Notes under the pieces: model-generated
Seen by the model: the letters and a program-made list of their open reading frames with translations, nothing else
Databases searched by the model: none
What the model was told of the DNA's origin: nothing
Source: Octopus sinensis
Lineage: Eukaryota
Assembly: GCF_006345805.1 (NCBI RefSeq)
Contig: NC_043000.1
Span: 136,586,001-136,650,000, forward strand
Reading direction: 5' to 3'
Length of the DNA: 64,000 nucleotides
Position numbers and translations under genes: made by a program
Shown here: piece after piece, positions 1 through 13,250 of the stretch
How the letters are laid out: every line of letters starts with the position of its first letter
Position numbering within the stretch: the first letter of the stretch is position 1

Positions 1-377
1 AATAATCTCACTGGCAATTTGTAACACCACTGTCTGAATAGACACTGAGATTCTAGATGTCATTGATAGGAGATTTAGCTGTTATCCTGCTGCTGAATAT
101 CTATCACTGAAGAACCCATAGAAGGGTGAAATCACGTGATCTGGCAGTTCCAGCAAATACAGCAAGCAATTCTCATCTGTCAATAATATAATTACAAGTG
201 CTTTTATGCACCACAAGTCCTTTATAAGAAATTCTTTGAAAGTAAATAATGCAGTATTCTGTGTTCTAACACAACCTTTATATGAAATTGGAGATCAAGA
301 TTACCATTTGATATTAATAATGCTTGTTGATATCAATTAGTTATTGTTATATTTGGGGGTGGTTATTTTGCCAATAA

Positions 378-757
378 CTACAAACAATAACTCTGAGCAC
401 CTTTTCAAACTCCACCTGTCTAACACTCATGGACATGTTTACAAAGTCAGAAAACAGCACAGCTCCCATGACTTTCAGAAACATTTTTTCTCACTAAGAG
501 TTGCTGAAGTATGGATCAAACTGCGGCCATCAGTTACTAGTTGTCGGAGCACTGCATCCTTCAAAACTTCCATGCTTCCTGAGATTCGCCAATACTACAC
601 CTGATTTTCTCCCCTCCATACACACGCAAACATGTATCTGACTCATACACTGTTCCCTTCCCAGAGATTTGTACATTACTGCATATGCTTTATATGCACT
701 TTTGACAGGTTGTGGTACATCTGAGCACTGTATACAATAATTTCATTATTATTATTA
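378..757 (+). mobile_element. 5'-truncated CR1/L2-clade LINE: ORF2 C-terminus, 3'UTR and (TTA)n tail
   Basis: Translation NTHGHVYKVRK...KHFFSLRVAEVWIKL..SVTSCRSTASFK fits the CR1/L2 C-terminal motif TRGHxxKL..FFSxRVxxxWNxLP; stop at 604; ends in ttattattatt. A related copy lies at 41374-41725. Confidence 0.85.
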
Positions 758-822
758 TATTCAAACGCATAGACTATTTATTTGATCTTCACTTTAGCTT
801 TATTATTATTATTAGTTTATTT

Positions 823-865
823 ATCATAGTTCTTTCATCACACATTTTGTGGCCTCTTCAGTGAC
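823..865 (-). ncRNA. Degenerate minimal type I hammerhead ribozyme motif (left arm)
   Basis: Minus strand reads GTCA CTGAAGA GGCCACA aaa TGTGtgat GAAA GAAC TA TGAT aaataaa: both core boxes present; stems I and II partly decayed. Confidence 0.65.
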
Positions 866-952
866 CTCTCCTTCTCTGTGCCTCCTCTTCTCTCGGTCTT
901 GTCCTATCTATTCCAACCAGGGAAAAAAAAGAGACACAGGGAAGAACAGATA

Positions 953-995
953 GTCATTGAAGAAGCCACAGACTGTGTGACAAAAGAACTCTGAC
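953..995 (+). ncRNA. Degenerate minimal type I hammerhead ribozyme motif (right arm)
   Basis: GTCA tTGAAGA AGCCACA gac TGTGtgac aAAA GAAC TC TGAC aaataaa: stem I GTCA/TGAC intact; core has C>T and G>A changes. Confidence 0.6.
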
Positions 996-1486
996 AAATA
1001 AACTAATAATAATGATAATAAAGCTAAAGTGAAGATGAAATAAATAAAGCATGTGTTTATTGGCAAAATGACCATCCCTAATTATAACAATATATAAAAT
1101 AGCTGTGGAACTCCACTACAATATTAATTGCTGCTTCTCATTATCTGTCCTAAATCAACAATTAATTAGATATTCCATGACAATGAGCATATTATTAAAT
1201 ACTTATAATCATACCTAATTAATTTTCTTTGATCTTACCAAATACAAATGAACAGCAGAGAATTATCTTGATTTTTGTCTTAATATACAGTCTGTAATAT
1301 CCTCTTCCAACTTCATATGTAGGAAATAGGGAAGGCATATTGTCTAACTTGATGTAAAAGTCCATCAAAAGTTTTAATTAATTTGAACTCTTGTTCAGAC
1401 TTATACTATCAACATTCCCAAAATTCTGCTACTTAAATCAACAGTGATTCTTTTATTAATATTATTTACATTATTTACATGGATAT

Positions 1487-1853
1487 CTTTCTTGTTTCAG
1501 TCATTTGACTGTGGGCCATGAAATCGACCAGTACTTATTCTATCGGTCTCTTTTGCCGAACTGCTAAGTTACGGGAGGACGTAAACACACCACCATCGGT
1601 TGTCATGCGATGTTGGAGGGACAAACACAGACACACAAACATACACACTCACACATACATTTATATATACATACATATATATACATATATACGACAGGCT
1701 TTTTTCAGTTTCTGTCTACCAAATCCACTCAAAAGGCTTTGGTCAGACCGAGGCTATAGTAAAAGGTATTTGCCCAAGGAGCCACGCAGTGGGACTGAAC
1801 CCGGAACCATGTGGTTGGTAAGCAAGCTACTTACCACATAGCCACTCCTACGC
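1487..1853 (-). mobile_element. SINE family A (tRNA-like head, CORE-like box, internal (TA)/(TG) tract), internally deleted
   Basis: Matches copies at 6125, 36253, 43605, 48052, 49560, 55267 and 61718; head ggagtggctgtgtggtaag..ggttccgggttcagtccc and CORE-like ccttgggcaagt. Confidence 0.9.
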
Positions 1854-2385
1854 TTTAGCTAACTTTAGAAACATAAGTTATCTTCTAGCTTTATTTCAAA
1901 ATACAGAAACCTGATGAAATTTTTTTTTATTTCATAAATTTTGTTCTTTTGAGCAATTTCGTTTATAAACATGTTTGATTTATTTATTTTTCTTCAAAAT
2001 TGAATATCCTCCTTATCTACAAATGACTTTTTTTTTCTTCTGCTCATTTAACTGATATGTTTATTGGAAACATTTATTTGTAATTGTATATGAGTATTTT
2101 CACTTTCACTGATAAATTACAGGATAAAATTTTTCAAGTACCTAAAATCTGTAAACAACTATTTTTCAGTAATAGTGGAAGTCACTTAGTACAATACAAG
2201 ATGTTATCAAAAGGATATTCTTATCAAAATTAAAGGGCATCCAAACATTTTATGGAAAATAGCTTAAAAATTACCTGTATATTAGAATCTAAGCTCTAGA
2301 TATTGTTAGCAAAATTTTCAAGAAAACTAATGATCGCTACAGAGATCTGAAGAAGAGAGCAAGCTATGGTGGCATGCAAGGTATA

Positions 2386-2829
2386 TCATCATCATCATCG
2401 TTTAACGTCTGCTTTCCATGCTAGCATGGGTTGGACGATTTGACTGAGGTCTGGTGAACCAGATGGCTGCACCAGACTCCAATCTGATCTGGCAGATTTT
2501 CTACGGCTGGATGCCCTTCCTAACGCCATAATGAGTGAGATCGGGGCCAGAGCAATAAGCTGGCCTCCGTGCCGATGGCACGTTAAAAACACCATCTGAG
2601 CATGATTGTTACCTGCATCGCCTTACTACCTCTTGTGCTGGTGGCACGTGAAAAAACATTTGAGTGAGATCGTTGCCAGTGCCGCTGGATTGGCTACTGT
2701 ACAGGTAGCACATAAAAAGCACCATTTGAGCATGACCGTGCCAGTACCACCTGACTGGCCCACGTGCTGGTGGCATGTAAAAGCACCTACTACACTCTCC
2801 GAGTGGTTGGTGTTAGGAAGGGAATCCAG
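2386..2829. mobile_element. SINE-like family B copy with an internal inversion
   Basis: 2386-2528 is the 3' tail on the minus strand ((CAT)n, gtttaacgtc..ggatgcccttcctaacgcca); 2535-2829 is the internal subunit array on the plus strand. Confidence 0.85.
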
Positions 2830-3157
2830 TAATGACAAAGGGGTGTCACATTCTGGTGTTTGTTTTGAAGATACTGGTATGTTAATTTGGTCACATATGT
2901 ATAAATGTATTTGTATATAGCAGGGTTTCTTAATCGAGGTCCATATGGCCCGGGGTGGGGAGAGGGGGAGCATATAAAATTTATTTGCAATAAATTGGTG
3001 ATACTCTTATATCACTTTTTTTAAAAAATATAATTCCTAAATGTTATCAGGAATTATTTTGAAATATAGTAGGATGTTTCTTTCCCCCCAAAAATATATA
3101 TAGTGAAGGGCTATGGAGGTCCAGCAGAGTAAAACAAGAATCAAAGGGGTTTATAAG

Positions 3158-3159
<2 letters not shown>

Positions 3160-3197
<38 letters not shown>

Positions 3198-3500
3198 CAC
3201 ACATACACACACATGCATGCACACACACAGAGGCATGCAAACACACATGCACACATACATACACACACATGCACACATGCACATACGTGCACACATGCAT
3301 ATACGTGCACACATGCACACACACTCACACGTGCACACATGCACACACGTGCATACATGCACACACACACACATGCACACTCACAGAGGCAGGCAAATAC
3401 ACACGTACACACACATGCATACACGCACACACACACATGCACACGTGTGCACACATGCTCACACACATGCACACACACACACACACATACACATGTACTC
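3160..3500. repeat. Compound (CA)n/(CATG) microsatellite
   Basis: Direct reading; explains the HT- and CV-rich ORFs. Confidence 0.95.
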
Positions 3501-3936
3501 ACCTAATTCTGTGTGCATAATTATATGTGTGTATATGAATAAATACGTATGTATGAAACTCTGAAACAAGAAAGAAAATATTGTGTTTCTGCCTGATTGA
3601 GTATGTTGATGGATTTTTGCGTTATTGTATGTACATAAAATTGTGTAAGTTTACATAAGATTGCATTCAATCTCATGAGTGCATGTGTGTGTGCGCGTGT
3701 GCACACACGTGTGTGTACGTACATAAGTGCATGCATATCATTTATACGTTGCCACAGTCTACAAATATATTCAGTCCAAAACTCACATATTCAAAGTTAT
3801 TTATGCATCTTGATTTGTTGTTGTATGTTCCAGCATAGGTCTAGCTAGGAATCCACACACACACATATATAAAAACACACGTACATACATATAAACACAC
3901 CCTTGCTTTTCTCTTCTCGTGTTGTCTCTATCTCTA

Positions 3937-3987
<51 letters not shown>

Positions 3988-4099
3988 TTCAAACATATAC
4001 ACTTTGCATATACAGATACACAGAGGAAAGCATAGTGGTGAAGTGATGCAAAACTAGAATTGACCTAACATATACAATTCCCAAGACTGACAGAACAGA

Positions 4100-4910
<811 letters not shown>

Positions 4911-5502
4911 TTCACAAACAAATAATTACTCATTCTAAACAATCTCGAATCTTGAGACTTTTGCACTGTGATTTCACGGCTTCTATTTCACTATGTGCTG
5001 CGTTTGACAGCTATCATTCAGAGTTTCAAATTGGTCTCTAGACTTTCAACTATTGACTCTAGTTTAGTATCAATGAAGACATATATTCTGGTGTATTTTG
5101 CAAACAATTCTATACTATGGTGATATGAATATGAATGAGTCTCTGATGAATTCGTGCATCCTCTTTTATGTGTCATGATTTCTTTTGTTTACATTGCATA
5201 TGTTTGCATTCGTTTTTATGTCTGTTTTTTTTTCCGTGCTAGCATGACTGACTCAAATATATAACTGTGGCATTGATTTACAGATGGATACCCTTCCTGT
5301 CACTAAACATTACCTGATCTGTAAGTCAGTGCTCACTTGTTTGATGTCGTTAAAGACACAAAGCCAGTGGATGAATTATTGACAGGAGAAATGAAAACAA
5401 TACCAATGTTTGTAGCTCAAAACTTTTGGAGCAGCCAACAAGTACAAATGTAAAACGCATAGACATATACACACATTGGCAGACATACACACACATAGGT
5501 AC

Positions 5503-5690
5503 TTATTTCTTTACTGCCCACAAGGGGCTACACACAGAGGGGACAAACAAGGACAGACAAACAGATTAAGTCGATTATATCGACCCCAGTGTGTAACGGG
5601 TACTTATTTAATCGACCCTGAAAAGATGAAAGGCAAAGTCAACCTTGGCAGAATTTGAACTCAGAACGTAGCGGTTGATGAAATACCTAT
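5503..5690 (-). mobile_element. SINE family N (Nin-domain-like)
   Basis: Reverse complement of ttctgagttcaaattc..gtcgactttgcctttcatcctttcggggtcgattaaataagtacc plus tail agccccttgtggg..aaagaaata. Confidence 0.9.
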
Positions 5691-5785
5691 GCTATACCGA
5701 AATAGTGCAAAAAGTTGATGCTTATGCATTGCTGTGAAACTCCTTATAAAACCTTAATAAATTTGTAAACTTTGTAAGTTTACAA

Positions 5786-5977
5786 AATGCTTAGCGGTAT
5801 TTCGTCTGCCGCTACGTTCTGAGTTCAAATTCCGCCGAGGTCGACTTTGCCTTTCATCCTTTCGGGGTCGATTAAATAAGTACCAGTTATGCACTGGAGT
5901 CGATACAATTGATTTAATCTGTTTGTCTGTCCTTGTTTGCCCCTTCTGTGTTTAGCCCCTTGTGGGTAGTAAAGAAA
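5786..5977 (+). mobile_element. SINE family N (Nin-domain-like)
   Basis: gttcaaattcc B-box-like motif, central gtcgactttgcctttcatcctttcggggtcga, same tail as other N copies. Confidence 0.9.
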
Positions 5978-6124
5978 ACCAAGTTGAATAGATTAATATT
6001 TTGCTGTTTACCAAAAGCAATCACATACTCTTCGTTTTGGTATCCAGTATTAACCCATTAATGGGCTGTTCTGATCTCACTAAACGTTGTATCAATACAG
6101 TTGTTGATATTTTTAAGTCCTTAT

Positions 6125-6530
6125 CTTTATTCTTTTTCTAGTCTTTTTTATTTGTTTCAGTCGTTTGACTGCAGCCATGCTGGAGCACTGCCTTTAGTCG
6201 AGCAAATCGACCCCAGGACATATTCTTTGTAAGCCTAGTACTTATTCTATCAGTCTTTCTTGCCAAACTGCTAAGTGACAGGGATGTAAACACACCAGCA
6301 TCGGTTGTCAAGCGATGTTGGGGAGACAAACACAGACACCCAAACATATACATATATATATATATATGACAGGCTTCTTTCAGTTTCCATCTACCAAATA
6401 CATTCACAAGGCTTTGGTAGGCCCAAGGCTATTGTAGAAGACACTTGCCCAAGGTGCTATGCAGTGGGACTGAACCCGGAATCATGTGGTTGGTTAGCAA
6501 GCTACTTACCACACAGCCACTCCTGCCCCT
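6125..6530 (-). mobile_element. SINE family A, near full length
   Basis: Colinear with other family A copies from head to tail. Confidence 0.92.
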
Positions 6531-8140
6531 ATTGCATAAGTTTTGCTTTAAAGTAGAATAGATTAATACTTAGCTATTTATAAGTTTATGAACAGGCAAT
6601 CATTAGAGCATCAGATAAAATATTTGGTTCTGTCTGAACCTTTCTTGCATATCAAGTTGGGCCATTCTCCAAAAGAATGAAAGTCTTGTCTGCTTTCTTC
6701 TTTATAAGAACTTTGCTTTTTGCTATGTTAACCTTAAAGTCCTTTGCTTCCATCTATTGCTTCCACACATAGAATTTGTTTTCTAGCTCCACAACAGATT
6801 CTGCTACAAGATCAAGGTCATCAGCATGTGGTTTCCAAGAAGCGCTGGTCATAAATTCCTTTGTTATGACCTGGAGGACTCTAAAAAGAGAAACTGAGAA
6901 CAGCACCCTGGTTAACTCCTACCTTACACTAAATGCATTGCTAACTCCTACCTTAGACATAACTTGCACCTAGACATAACTTGTATGGCCCACATATGCT
7001 ATTTGTCTTACCCTAGCTTTCTCAGAGACCATAAGATCATAAAGCAAGGGACTTCGTGGAAAGCTTTCTTCAGGTCAACGAATGCCAAGTACAATGGCTT
7101 ACTTTTAGCTAAATACTTCTCCTGCAGGAGTTTTACCAGAAAGACAGCATCAGCAGAACTCCTCTCTGGCACTAAACCAAACAGCATCTCATCTACACTT
7201 TCTAATTAATTGGGCTCTCAGCTCTTTTCATAGTTACAGTAATTACTTCTCTCAAAGCACCTTCTTTATCATTGTATACTGTGCCAATTATTGGGCATAA
7301 CACTTTCCTGCACAACCTGATTATATATACAGAAGACTAGGCCAGTGATGATTACTTATGACACAGGGCCTTTCAGTGCCTTCATATCCTTAATTGCTTT
7401 ATCTATCATACTGCTGTCAGTTAGACTTGCTGGTCTCTCTGTTGGCTCCACATTATGAAGACCTCTTTTCCAATGCATTCTCCACATTTAGTAGCCCTTC
7501 TTAGTATTACCAAGTGCAAGTGTACCATTACTTATCTGCACACATTTCTCACCTCCATCTTGATTCTCTCTCACACATAGTTATGTAATTCAAAACACCA
7601 TATGACTCAGATCTTTATGCTGTAGAACATTGGTAAACTGCTGCTTCCATTTTCTATCTTTTCAAGACAGAGTTTATTTCACCTTTATAGGTTTGTTTAC
7701 CTCACTGTTCAACCACCCCATTACCTCCAGCCTACCTGGGACATTGCTACAGCCATAAATTTGGTCTGTGACCCTTAGTAGATTGTCTCATGGGAATGCC
7801 ACTTATCATTTATGATATACAACTCTTTGCCCACCTTTTCATCAAATGCTTCAACTAGAACATTCCTAAATTTCTGATTCCTAGATCTTTAGACATGCAT
7901 GTCTTCTTTTGCTTACTGGGTTGAGTCTCTGAGTCCTTCTAACTCTGAGTCCGATGTCAGTAACCACTAATCTATGTTGGGTTGTAAACTTTCTCCCATG
8001 GAAAACTTTATGTTCACAAGCATTTATCTGTCCTGTTTTCTAGTAAGAGGGTAGATAATCTACCTTAAGTACCTGCCAGACTGATAGGTGAACAGGTGGT
8101 GGGTGGGTTTTCAGTAGTACTATTGCAGACTATTGAGTCA

Positions 8141-8513
8141 CAAGCAAAACGCCCTCCATCCAATGGATGGTGCTGAGTTGTCAAACATTTAAAACAAATT
8201 TTCTCAAAACAACTAGTCTGAACGTCCCATAGGCCTCCCCTTTGAGAAACATTGATTTAACCTAAATTTGAGACACCAGCAAAAGAAGAAATAAAGATAG
8301 ATTTTTTCCTATTCCAAAGAAAAACGATTTTCCATTGCTTTATCGATCGCATTCTGACCTGGAATTGATTTTTGTAATTTTTTCAAGACTTATACATGCC
8401 CTGATACCGTAGGTATCTACATATCAAATTTGAGCTCAATCAGATGGAGGATGCCTGAGTTCCTAGAAGCCACACACACACACAGACAAGCAGAACAGAT
8501 TTTATATAAGAGA
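8141..8513 (-). mobile_element. Non-autonomous Helitron
   Basis: Minus strand A|TCTCTTATATAAAA...subterminal hairpin CCATCCA/TGGATGG...CTTG|T; no TSD; removal restores the RTE reading EFCDAN-DSIVCN. Confidence 0.8.
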
Positions 8514-8628
8514 TTTGCATCACAAAACTCCAGCAGATTTGTTCCTTCCTCAATTGTAGACCCAAAGTCATAACTTCCAAGCATGTTCAGGAATCCTTTG
8601 GGATGCTGGCCACTATAGCTATTGGAGT

Positions 8629-8927
8629 GGAGGCACATGGCCTAGAGGTTAGAGCAATGGACTCACGGTCGAGGGATTGCAGGTTTGAATCTCAGACCGG
8701 GTGATGTGTGTGTTTATGAGCGAAACACCTAAACTCCATGCAGCTCCGGCAGACGGTAAAGGTGAACTTCTGCTGACTCTTTCACCACAGCTTTCTCTCA
8801 GTCTTTCCTCCTACATCTTGCAGCTCACCTGCGACGGACTGCCATCCTGTTCAGGAGGGGAACCTATACGCCAAGGAACCAGGAAACCGGCCCTTATGAG
8901 CCTGGCATGGCTTGAGAAGGAACAAAC
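8629..8927 (+). mobile_element. tRNA-derived SINE family C
   Basis: A box tggcctagagg, B box ggtttgaatc; imperfect 14-bp TSD atagctattggagt (8615) / atagccactggagt (8928); homologues at 46446 and 51710. Confidence 0.9.
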
Positions 8928-9169
8928 ATAGCCACTGGAGTCACCAATCACAAAAATAAGGTAATTGTTATTTGTCATCAAAGTAATCTGCAAAAATGGT
9001 TCACAAAATTGGCCTTTCTGTTCATCTGGCAGCCCAGATCGATGAGTATAGTCAAAGATTAATGCTACTGTTGCTTTAACCAAGATTATTGTCAGCTTAA
9101 CTACTCTATCATATATTCTGTCTACGTCAATTTCTTTATCTACCTATTTCTCATCCAAAAGTATACCTA

Positions 9170-9402
9170 TTTCTTTACTACCCACAAGGGGCTAAACACA
9201 GAGAGGACAAATAAGGACAGACAAATGGATTAAGTCGATTATATCGACTCCAGTGCGTAACCGGTACTTATTTAATCGACCCCGAAAGGATGAAAGGCAA
9301 AGTCGACTTTGGCGGAATTTGAACTCAGAACGTAACGGCTGACGAAATACGTCTACACATTTCGCCCGGCGTGCTAACGTTTCTGCCAGCTCGCCGCCTT
9401 AT
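9170..9402 (-). mobile_element. SINE family N, full length and young
   Basis: Perfect 17-bp TSD atccaaaagtataccta at 9153-9169 and 9403-9419. Confidence 0.95.
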
Positions 9403-11005
9403 ATCCAAAAGTATACCTACATCCCACACTGCTGCGTAATCAAAATAATTTGGACCATTGTGTGTGTGTGGGGGGGGGGTAAAAGAGAAACATGCAGAAA
9501 AACAGCCCAAGTGATTCTGGAACACAGATACTCTAACTAAAATTCTGGCGGTAAAGTCTAATGTCTACCTACAACACAGATTATATATATTATAATGCAC
9601 ATTTGCACATGCACACACTCACACACACTCACACACACACACACACACACACACATGCACGCAGCTATCACCTGGCATCATATGACTTTTGAATTTACAC
9701 TCTTTCAATATTATTCTATATTTCTGCTTTTCTTCCTTTCTCTACATCACTCCTTATATGCTTTCAAGCATTTCAGTAGTTTCTTCTTACATTCCTTCCC
9801 CCATTCTTCGTTCTCCACTTTCTCTATAATATTTTCTTCACTTAATTCAAGTTCGCTATTCATTTTGTTCTTAATATCAAATAAAAACATCTTAAACACT
9901 ATTTGCAACCCTAATGGTTTCTTCCTAATATATTTATCGAGAATTTATATGTCAAACTCTCACCTAATAGCTTTCCCACAACTACCTGACCAACTTACAC
10001 GGCTAAAAAGAAAACAACAGTACTAACCTGTTGCCCCAGTCCTTACAGCAACATGTTAATTCTTATTCCTAATATCAAATAAATTTAAAGAATTCGACAT
10101 CATTTCTATTTGTTTACTGATTCTATTTTCTCTCTATTTCCTTAATTCTGTTACTTGGCTTAAGATACTTGAATATATTGCCCTTTGTTTCGTGAATTTG
10201 GTATTTACTGTCAATTTGCGTATGATTTGGGAAAAACTCTTTCAATTTTGTGTATTTAAATTATTCACCTTTTTCTACTTCTTTTGGCAATATTAGTCTT
10301 TACTTGTTGCCTTGGTCATTTCAGCTGAGAGAATTTGTTGAAGCAAAAGTCTTTGTAGATGCCTAGATGTTTTTACAGTTGATAATCACTGAACTGAAAA
10401 TGAGTCTCATCACAGCAATATGCTGATTTACTTCCTTTTGTCATACAGTCAAATAATGTGTTTTGGCTATGAATACAAGGAACTTCACATTTTTATGACT
10501 AACTAATTGGGTACTATTATCAAAAGAAGTGAGGAATTTAGAGAATGTGTAAATGATCACCAAGATACTATGTTTTAACTCCTATTTAGTTTCCCATATA
10601 ACTTTTTCAAACAACGTTGAAAACAGTTCAGAACTAGATTTCCGTGGGAATGTTTATAGGTTAAGAGTCAAAAGGTCTAAATGCCAACATGGTAAAATGC
10701 CAAATTATTAGTAATAAACATGAGTACCATATCAGAGAGCCTTTTGGGAAGTGGTTTAGCTTTATTGTAAGAATGAGTAAATATTGTTTACCTAATGCTG
10801 CAATCTTTGTGGAAGCAATATATACACAAATAGTGAATTGAATCTCATGCTGACTGGCATAGAAGCAGAGTTTAAAATTCACTAGAAAAATATACAAGTA
10901 ATTGCAATCTGTAGCACCTATACAATGAAATATTTGAACCATTCAGATGGGTTACTAGTTGAAGTAAAGTTTTGGTTATCTTGGCACCTTAATTCAGCTG
11001 AGAGA

Positions 11006-11325
11006 TCATCATCATCATCATCGTCATTTAATGTTCACTTTCCATACTAGCATGGTTGGACGATTTGACTGAGGTCTGGCGAACCAGATGGCTGCACCAG
11101 GCTCCAATCTTGATCTGGCAGAGTTTCTACAGCTGGATGTCCTTCCTAATGCCAACCACTCCGAGAGTGTAGTGGGTGCTTTTACGTGCCACCGGCACGA
11201 GGGCCAGTCAGGCAGTACTGGCCACGGCCATGCTCAAATGGTGCTTTTTATGTGCCACCTGCACAGTAGCCAGTCCAGCAGCACTGGCAATGACCTCGCT
11301 CGAATGTTTTTTCACATGCCACAGA
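11006..11325 (-). mobile_element. SINE-like family B
   Basis: (CAT)n tail, ctggatgtccttcctaatgccaaccac, and three gtgcttttacgtgccac-type subunits. Confidence 0.9.
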
Positions 11326-12379
11326 CATAATAAAATATGAGTAACAAGGTAAGGGCTGAGAGGATATTTGAGTCATTCAGTGGCTATATGGGCACTAAAG
11401 GTAACAAATGGTTTCCCTCGCCATTTAAAAACAGATTGCATAATGGATATGATAAATACGATGCTTCATAAATGTGAAAGATCTGGAAGGCCAAGGAGAG
11501 ATTAATTGAAAACATTCTGTTGAGTATGTCACTTTCAGAATATCTGCAATTTTTATGCAAATGAAAAATGAAGCATTAGTACTCAGGAAATAAAGCACAC
11601 GGACAATAGAGAGAATGCAAAGATCTATTTGCAAAACTAAAAAGAGGAAATAAAAAATCTTAGTCTTGGACACAATGGTTGTATACATGAAACATTATTC
11701 AAATGCAGCAATTGTTCTGTTATAATGTTAGCTCAGCAGCTTCTATCCTATTTTCAGTATTCTACTTTAAAATTTTGTAAAACTACTCAACTTTTAAATT
11801 CCTGGTATGCTTACATATAAATCATTACTATACCAAATAAACAGGCATGGTTTTTGTTATTTTTGCTTTAGTGAAAACTAAATCCTTCTATCATTTAAAT
11901 TTGTATTGCGATGAGCTCTACTAGAATAATATCTCCAAAGAAACTATTTGGAAGTGAAAGCTTCAATAATACCAAAAAATATCAAGAATATATTGGATTT
12001 AGTAACATGAAAATTTGTATTTAAAAAAGCACTGAAGTAAGATTGAGGAATTTCTACAAATTCCTGAAATTGTGAACTCTTTCAATCCTGATGGTTACAC
12101 ATAATTGCATGCAACACATTATTTAAAAAAACAAAAAAAGGAAAATATGTGAAATGTGTCATCCTTTTAAAAGCAAAAATATTTATTTATCTTAACATAG
12201 TACTTCACACTAAAGAAACATGATTGTCATTCACAAACAATATACTTCGCTAGGTTTGTTATAAACAACATCAGAACTTTTAAAATTTACAAAGTTTCTG
12301 TAAGTGGTAAGTTTTTGATTATTGATAATAATTACTGATATCAAAGGGAACCGTTAAGTTTTGTGTATGCAATTATAAA

Positions 12380-12491
12380 TATTGTGTGTGTGTGTGTGTG
12401 TGCGTACATGTGTGTGTGCATGCATGTGTAGGCATTTCTGTGTGGTGTGTGTGTGCCTGTGTGTCTGTGTGTGTATGTGTTTGTGTATGTG

Positions 12492-12527
<36 letters not shown>

Positions 12528-12562
12528 TCCATCCATCCATATTTATATATATATATATATAT

Positions 12563-12603
<41 letters not shown>

Positions 12604-12795
12604 TTTTATATATGTATGTATATATGTATGTATGTATGTCTACACACATATATACGCACACATATATGTCAGCTTGGAAAAGTGGAGGTAAAAATGATGA
12701 TGATGAAAATGATGTTGATATACAAATAAATATTTTCGTTCCTTCATCCATTCACATACTTGCATGCATATACAGAAATATGTATGTGTGTTGTG

Positions 12796-12881
<86 letters not shown>

Positions 12882-13250
12882 CATATATATATATATATAT
12901 ACATACATATATATATAGAGAGAGAGGGGGAGAGATACATACATAAATATATACATACACATGTGTATGCATGCACACATACATATATATATATATAATG
13001 TGTAAATGTACTTGTACATTCAAACACACTCGTGCAAATGTGTGTAGTACATATATTTTTGTATGTATATTATAGATATATACGTATGTATTTTGTGCAT
13101 ATACATATATACATGTGTTTTTAAAAGTGTATGTATAATTATACATATTTATATACACACATGTATACACACATGCATATTCACACAAAGGGATAAATGC
13201 TTACATGTGCATACACACACATGCCACACATCCACACATACATATTAAAT
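12380..13250. repeat. Compound microsatellite field (TG, TA, TATC, GA)
   Basis: Direct reading. Confidence 0.95.

Larger units (their letters stand above)
763..1058. repeat. Foldback: ~105-bp imperfect inverted repeat, each arm carrying a hammerhead-like motif
   Basis: 763-865 is the near-exact reverse complement of 953-1058 (e.g. tcttcactttagctttattat / ataataaagctaaagtgaaga); weaker pairing continues into the spacer. Confidence 0.9.
6640..9150 (-). mobile_element. Decayed RTE-clade LINE (APE endonuclease + RT) interrupted by a Helitron and a SINE
   Basis: Minus-strand translations: SGLPDEQKGQF, LIFVIGDSSGY, EEGTNLLEFCDAN, QHRLVVTD (EN); LQEKYLAKSKPLYLAFVDLKKAF, QGAVLS, HADDLDLVAESVVELENKF (RT); many stops and frameshifts. 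Confidence 0.9.

Noticed and set aside
1600-1821. Recurrent peptides such as YQIHSQGFG..GLNPEPCGW and EFLQLDALPNANHSESVVGAF
   Set aside because: Antisense translations of SINE families A and B, not a gene family.
2123-2380. Apparent acceptor/donor pair (ttacag|gat ... caag|gtatat)
   Set aside because: All three frames contain stops and the donor is weak.
8629-8700. tRNA-like sequences here and at 39905, 48950 and 54165
   Set aside because: SINE heads that continue into repeat bodies; no intact cloverleaf seen.
10320-11700. Complex non-repetitive stretches that might be transposase fossils (also 53800-54150)
   Set aside because: No motif could be read with confidence in any frame.
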